This document shows, in pieces, positions 60,301 to 64,000 of a DNA stretch of 64,000 nt. Source of the stretch: Cenarchaeum sp. (lineage in GTDB: Archaea; Thermoproteota; Nitrososphaeria; Nitrososphaerales; Nitrosopumilaceae). The stretch covers positions 352,001 through 416,000 of the forward strand of contig OZ243037.1 of assembly GCA_965212015.1 (NCBI GenBank), given 5' to 3'. The stretch's first letter is position 1. Each line of letters starts with the position of its first letter. A program made the position numbers and the translations under genes. The notes beneath the pieces are model-generated. The model was not told the origin of the DNA. It worked only from the letters and a program-made list of their open reading frames with translations, and did not search any database.

Positions 60301-62643
60301 ATACGCATAGAGGTCGCTGACACCAAGGACGTACATTACCGTGCCGTCATCGTTGACTGCAAGCGACCTCTGATTGCGTTGAAGTGCAGGGGACGTGACA
60401 AGGTCGTTTGCATCACCGGATGACAAGTCAAAGCCAACATCGAGCGGAAAGCCATATATGCGGCCGCTGTCGTCGGTGGAGTCTATCACGTACATGTGGG
60501 TGCCGTCACGCGAGAATGCCAGTCCTTGCACGCCGGAAGCGGCAGTGACGGGCAAGGTGTCTACTGTACCGGGATTTGAAATATCAAAATCGCCTCCCAG
60601 ATTGTACTCGCGTACATCTCTATCGTCGGCGTCTAGCACGAACATTTTTTGGCCGTTGGCCGAAAACTCTACTTCTCTAGGTAAGTTGTCCAGGATAACA
60701 GTATACGACTGATCGGCGTCTGAATCAGCCGAGAGTGGGTTAAAGTTCGTACCAAGCGCATACCGGTTTATCGTATTGGTGACGTCATGATTTAGTATAA
60801 ATATTCTATTGCCGGTATTTGTGAAATCTATGTCTTGGGCGTCCCTAACCGTTCTTAGTAAACCGTTACTCCGGGTATAGTCGATCGAGAGAAACAGCTC
60901 CAGATCGACGGAAAGAGTGTTCGATGCCTCGTTGCCTCCCGTCACGTTTGCCGGTATTGACACCGTTATGGTGGCATCGTTGGCCCCGCGCAGCACGTCA
61001 AAGGCGTACTCGGCACCGGAGCCCGTAAGGTTTGACGGCACATGGGTGCCCATATCACTGTCCACTATAATGCCATCCAGTCCAAATCCCGTCACTATAT
61101 CGCTAAATGTGGCGTTAAACGAAGCCTTGCCGTTGGCGTCAGCCGGGGTAGTATCGGTAATTTGCACCGTGGCCGACGTGCCAAAAGTGGTGACATAGTT
61201 ATTCGATGCCTCATTGTCGTTGGTTTGAGAATCGACGGCCACGCCCGCAGGAACGGATACCGTTATGGTGCCTTCGACGCCGTTGCGCTGCACCTCAAAG
61301 GAGAATCTGGTACCTTCAGATGGGTTCTCCAGCATAAAGCTTGATGCCATGTGGGTGCCGTCAGGCGCAGTGCTAGACACCATAATATCATCCTCCGTAA
61401 ATCCCGACACGCTCTCGCTGAACGTGGCGTTAAACCGTATTGTATTCCTACTGCTGATGCCGTTATTTGGCACGTCGGTGCTGGAGATTGTAACTGTTGG
61501 CAGGTCGGCATTCAGCACAGTAAAAGTGGCGGTAAAGGGAATTGGCGCCGAATTGGCAGTACTGTCCGATATGCTTGTCGCCATGCCTGCGGGAATCGAT
61601 ACGGTCACATCGCCAATGGTGGATCCCACATTGACGTCAAACGTGTACAGGGCGGCGTCGTCGGGGTCTGCCACAAATTCAGATACCATGGGACTGCCGC
61701 CGTTTACGGTACCAGTCAAGACAATGCCGTTTTCATCAAATCCGCTCACATCCTCGTTGAACCTGACGGTAAACCTTATGTTTGGCTCGGCCGTGGAGCT
61801 GCCGTTTGTAATCCCGGCATTGGCGGTGATTACCGCCGTAGTGGGCAGGGTAAAGGCGGCAGGAAGCACGTATTGTCTGATAGCATCGATGCCAGTAGAA
61901 TCAAGCAAATACATCATGGTACCATCAGGCGAGAAATCCATTCCGCGATAACTTGCCGTGTCAAGGGGGACAAATGTGTCATCCGGTGAATTCCAGAGGG
62001 TGCCGTTTATGTGATAGGCAGGATTTAGATTAAACTGGCGGATCTCCGTAGCGATCATGACGAACAGTCTTGTGCCGTCAGTGGAGATTGACATGCCTTG
62101 AACCATCCCGGCTGGATTAAAACTGCCGTGGGGACGGTTATTGGGAGTTGACTGGGTGCTTATATCATAGGGCGTCCCGAGTTGGTATGATCGGACATTT
62201 CCTTCTCCGATAAATACCCAGTTGCCGTCATTTGATAACGTGCCTCCAAACCCTCGGGGGAGGTGGCCGCCAAGGGAATTTCCAAGCGAATAATCCGAAT
62301 CATCGAGTTCAAATGCGGCTATGTGGCCCCTCCCAGTATTTGGAAAATATATGCGGTCATTTGTAGATGAGAGTATTACATCCTGTATCATGCGGGCATT
62401 GGCGTCGGGCACCGCGACTGCGCTGTCAAGCGATGCAGTCGTAATATCAAATGGGGTACCGAGTGTGTGTACAAAGTACTGGCTGCTTCGCACAATAAGC
62501 ATCGTAGACCCGTCATCTGAGATGGCCACCCCCGTTCCTCCACCTATATCTGGGATGGGAAAGTTGGACTGCGCATGGGCCGAAATAGGGATTATAACCA
62601 ACAATGGCAATAGTAATGCTGCGACTAGCAGGGTCTTTTGCAT
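54538..62643 (-). CDS. Giant secreted/surface protein, paralog 4 (2701 aa)
   Basis: Signal peptide MQKTLLVAALLLPLL..SAHA|Q; four propeller blocks, Ig-like modules, shared C-terminal region. Confidence 0.88.
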   Translation of the reverse strand: MQKTLLVAALLLPLLVIIPISAHAQSNFPIPDIGGGTGVAISDDGSTMLIVRSSQYFVHTLGTPFDITTASLDSAVAVPDANARMIQDVILSSTNDRIYFPNTGRGHIAAFELDDSDYSLGNSLGGHLPRGFGGTLSNDGNWVFIGEGNVRSYQLGTPYDISTQSTPNNRPHGSFNPAGMVQGMSISTDGTRLFVMIATEIRQFNLNPAYHINGTLWNSPDDTFVPLDTASYRGMDFSPDGTMMYLLDSTGIDAIRQYVLPAAFTLPTTAVITANAGITNGSSTAEPNIRFTVRFNEDVSGFDENGIVLTGTVNGGSPMVSEFVADPDDAALYTFDVNVGSTIGDVTVSIPAGMATSISDSTANSAPIPFTATFTVLNADLPTVTISSTDVPNNGISSRNTIRFNATFSESVSGFTEDDIMVSSTAPDGTHMASSFMLENPSEGTRFSFEVQRNGVEGTITVSVPAGVAVDSQTNDNEASNNYVTTFGTSATVQITDTTPADANGKASFNATFSDIVTGFGLDGIIVDSDMGTHVPSNLTGSGAEYAFDVLRGANDATITVSIPANVTGGNEASNTLSVDLELFLSIDYTRSNGLLRTVRDAQDIDFTNTGNRIFILNHDVTNTINRYALGTNFNPLSADSDADQSYTVILDNLPREVEFSANGQKMFVLDADDRDVREYNLGGDFDISNPGTVDTLPVTAASGVQGLAFSRDGTHMYVIDSTDDSGRIYGFPLDVGFDLSSGDANDLVTSPALQRNQRSLAVNDDGTVMYVLGVSDLYAYTFGVAYDVSTLSLEATQPLGITQPAQGFVFSPDRERMYVVGDGATNTIIEFTRKLVPPIIVLPIIQPQYVINEGISLQFGQVAGRPAAGFTLDGVPADFAPGGALEDAAITPGGAFSWTPDTAGTFSFNVTATNTGGSDIEPIILRVVNSITPFVAGELVADDTFDRLFGDQPAGIQFSNDGLHMFVLESGDSDITRYTTITPFDFANTTSDTNSDITRDFESSVPRSLSATDLEFSNDGRTMILMNEFSGELYEFALDAPYVLDPRTQVNTLTPTNLAGGPNGFTISSDGTKLFIVEGLTPANSRVHEHTLAIPFSISDVTYDRSLNLGSNPATPQDVAFYNSTAMLVVGADSVLHEYAVDSSSISYSGIFQTLPIVGPRSMAVADNGLHLFAVESTTVDIFRYSVATSSFTTEIDSNPPGATAADGIASFNVEFGRSVTGFELSDITISSVAPNGTALSAGTHVPSNLTGSGAEYAFDVLRGADDATITVSIPANAVGSNEASNAYSIDLSLNVMLDYTSSSSITTAFAFSADIDFSGSGDAIFIINDGGDQIHRYALSTNFNSSTATSNIGPPIYSVTQDTSPRALEFSTNGQKMFVLGTTANEILEYDLSGAFDISNPTYLNDDLDISAATTGAQGMEFSRDGTHLYVIDSASGGGRIYGFSLDVAFDVSSGDANDFVTSPIIQAFQRSLAVNDDGTVMYVLTARDLYAYTFGVAYDVSTLSLEATQPLGTANSAQGLAFSTDFTTMSFVRNDPSNTVHEFTLNAEPVLGDLNFGFTEDENLSNQIPGSDLDGDTLEYSLSNHPDWLSIDSDTGQLSGIVPQDNTGLYRAEDTPARCAATGSVSFTVTVSDDGFDGDDTDDVSRDYTVGVFGNERSPNNAPVNVNNMNIPLVSTSTQLDLSLYTSDTDAGDILTYSFTGLAGNTITPGSLAIDSDTGLATFMSTGNTGTATIDYIVCDGSVISSLQVMTSTTAVISGITDQSINEGQTLNSLPLYILSHTESPIDRDTIPVVTGELGIPLSVINFSRVVDLEKLDLQSIQELVASGADPLQFNDTTGIIFIDGFQIVSQTIDEETDERTRHTISDTFVTTGIQSPPIPITYTFALEDGSMFFGGFDITVNKTDVAANSTLPAEYVVGPRDANTLVFLDQFFEDPDGDDIMYNVTNPDPGIVDLSILSSSNILIIDPVSPGIVVARLCAESMAPGIATAATCEAITVLVLGIPTTESGIFQDSSVNVNHGLLDADVVLNWNDFAIDPTVAFNHIIITANNASATGEIRINQTDRATLVPELASNGTTIHTRIFPSNGSGSISYDPTSDFTSTSDSVTFTAVLHGPAVVQAAGVGTEERIVTEEVIALFHDSLTVNYIIVTVNTDAAPGLLQGDLAFGPRHTSDRFAIPLDDLFVDVDNSRPHLDVTIMGQSNQALTASIVGDRLIVTPPGPNCNCQTLFTFALDDGVNPPQPEQLLFRFESDPAGTVPVGFPQSPVGRFFLPPGFEPFLINLADQVVRGDAAFAENVMISNVQLPEDGNGVTDNSHITATMHNATHYQIAPGTNDLIGSEIITFDVGFVEDPVNANVFTSYRFEFADAPETAQQQVSSGGGDDDTQWKTKPTFGKSYTTGQKIVDCGYSMDNVCRDVTDYHVDYKRNTIETDSLHDFTLTAYAQNGLRSFNIGFGLPGIGSPLNAAEAQINVNLIRDYSINSTYMIDSVEYSNENRVIGEDATFEISRVQCLPTDKNELCVRLSIDGVLFRETLYDEPFAINALDSKRRGTTHYMNEGLLVYGDSLNAPPTHELSERHSNQGDAVKLHLTRTDKLADVWTDQLGHQWTKNAFGTWSYVDAPPVDMSSACTDEDNRACDAFAQKRDAHIIQMEELRDFYYGGIYTVPAFDDLETTVSIHNADGDSREAFLVLHGMQDP

Positions 62644-62680
62644 ATACCGTCCCCCCCCCCCGATTGCTTATAAAAGTATG
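62644..62680 (-). promoter_or_regulatory. Promoter of paralog 4: TATA box plus G11 tract
   Basis: Coding strand CATACTTTTATAAGCAATC-G11-ACGGTAT-ATG. Confidence 0.8.
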
Positions 62681-62820
62681 CGGTCAAGACAGGTGATTGA
62701 TCAGGTCGTACACGAGGGCAGGTTTTTCATCATACGGCCGATCTAAGTAATTTTGAGGCCAGACCATACCCGACATCTTGGAATTCTGGATTTTACGCGA
62801 ATCCGATCATGGCAACATAC

Positions 62821-62874
62821 GTAACCTGCCATGTCCCGTACCTGTAGATTCCATGCATTCTTGGAACCTGTTCC
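62821..62874 (-). mobile_element. Highly degenerate copy of the 60-bp MITE-like element
   Basis: GTAACC..GTCC.GT.CCTGTAGAT...TCTTGG-AACCTGTT aligns to the reverse complement of 9481-9540. Confidence 0.45.
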
Positions 62875-63109
62875 TGAACGTGTGATGCGCCTTTTCCTCC
62901 CGTATCATACCATGATCGCATCACAATAATGGGCATTTTGCCCTTTTTGACGCTATACAAGACAGGGCCCGGAATTCCAAAAGATATGCCTTGCCGCGAT
63001 TCGTCACACGCAGACCCTTGATGCGCGCGCCATACCTATAGTCCGGTTCCGCACCACGGGCCTTTTTTGTTTGAGAGCACGAAAATGGCACACAAAGAAA
63101 CCCGGTATT

Positions 63110-64000
63110 TTATTCGAGCAGCCACAGCAGGTCGTTATCTGCCAGGAACCGCTCGCGCGAGTCCCCGTCTATATCCTGTAGGGTTACGGTCTCGTGCAGG
63201 TCATCAAAGGCGGGCATCGTGTATGCCTTGCCGTACAGCGAGTCGCGCAGATTTTCCATCTGTACGTTGTAGGCTGCCAGCTTTTGGGCAAAGGCGTTGC
63301 AGACGCGCTTGTCCGGATCGTCGCATATCGGCGAGACGGCAATCTTTGGGCCCTCCACGTACGACCACGTGCCAAACGCGTTCTTTGTCCACTGGTGTCC
63401 CAGCTGGTCGGTCCACACGTCTGCAAGCTTGTCGGTCCGAGTCAGGTGCAGCTTTACTGCGTCGCCCTGGTTTGAGTGCCTCTCGCTGAGCTCGTGCGTG
63501 GGGGGCGCGTTTAGCGAGTCGCCAAACACCAGCAGTCCCTCGTTCATATAGTGGGTGGTGCCGCGCCTCTTTGAGTCCAGCGCGTTTATTGCAAACGGCT
63601 CGTCGTACAGCGTCTCGCGGAACAGTACGCCATCTATGCTCAGCCGCACGCACAGCTCGTTTTTGTCTGTAGGCAGGCACTGTACGCGCGATATCTCAAA
63701 GGTGGCGTCCTCGCCTATCACGCGATTCTCGTTTGAATATTCCACAGAGTCTATCATGTACGTGGAGTCCAGGGAATAGTCACGTATCAGGTTTACGTTA
63801 ATCTGCGCCTCTGCAGCATTCAGGGGCGAGCCTATTCCGGGCAGGCCAAAGCCGATGTTAAACGAGCGCAGGCCGTTTTGTGCGTACGCCGTTAGCGTAA
63901 AGTCGTGAAGCGAGTCAGTCTCTATGGTATTGCGTTTGTAATCGACGTGATAGTCAGTTACGTCGCGGCAGACATTGTCCATGGAATAGCCGCAGTCCAC
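63110..64000 (-). CDS. Giant secreted/surface protein, paralog 5 (3' end only; continues beyond the window)
   Basis: C-terminal domain nearly identical to paralog 3 (46620-47510), ending FLADNDLLWLLE. Confidence 0.85.
   Translation of the reverse strand: MDCGYSMDNVCRDVTDYHVDYKRNTIETDSLHDFTLTAYAQNGLRSFNIGFGLPGIGSPLNAAEAQINVNLIRDYSLDSTYMIDSVEYSNENRVIGEDATFEISRVQCLPTDKNELCVRLSIDGVLFRETLYDEPFAINALDSKRRGTTHYMNEGLLVFGDSLNAPPTHELSERHSNQGDAVKLHLTRTDKLADVWTDQLGHQWTKNAFGTWSYVEGPKIAVSPICDDPDKRVCNAFAQKLAAYNVQMENLRDSLYGKAYTMPAFDDLHETVTLQDIDGDSRERFLADNDLLWLLE

Noticed and set aside
62880-63010. Possible RelE-like toxin relic (VLYSVKKGKMPIIVMR) on the minus strand
   Set aside because: Too short and degenerate to support without a profile search.
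27988-63779. Many plus-strand ORFs overlapping the giant genes
   Set aside because: These are antisense shadow ORFs caused by codon bias. They recur only because the underlying blocks are duplicated.
27915-64000. Diversity-generating retroelement (template/variable repeat pairs) among the repeated 3' ends
   Set aside because: No reverse transcriptase in the window, differences between copies are not adenine-specific, and all copies are coding.

Overview
The window comes from an ammonia-oxidising archaeon (Thaumarchaeota/Nitrososphaeria, Nitrosopumilaceae-like). Its GC-rich spacers, decayed IS elements and giant repeat proteins are reminiscent of host-associated, Cenarchaeum-like lineages (inference). 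Bases 1-27.4 kb are core genome: the amo cluster (probable amoZ and amoY, amoB, amoC, amoX, amoA), a Dam-like methyltransferase, five tRNAs (two with introns), coaD, trpS, pheS/pheT, cspA, a DEAD-box helicase, pdaD, pepF and psmA, plus small islets of decayed toxin-antitoxin and IS sequence. Bases 27.9-64 kb are a co-oriented tandem array of at least five paralogous giant secreted proteins (about 3861, 1971, 2060 and 2701 aa, plus one partial). They are built from beta-propeller-like, Ig-like and cadherin/He_PIG-like modules and end in a near-identical ~300 aa C-terminal domain. The main candidate novel system is this array. All four visible promoters have a TATA box followed by a G-tract of differing length (G10, G13, G6-TT-G4, G11) just before the ATG, and the coding regions are mosaics of shuffled near-identical blocks. 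Together this suggests phase and antigenic variation of archaeal surface proteins. A 60-bp MITE-like element with terminal inverted repeats occurs five times, and one copy has an 8-bp target-site duplication.
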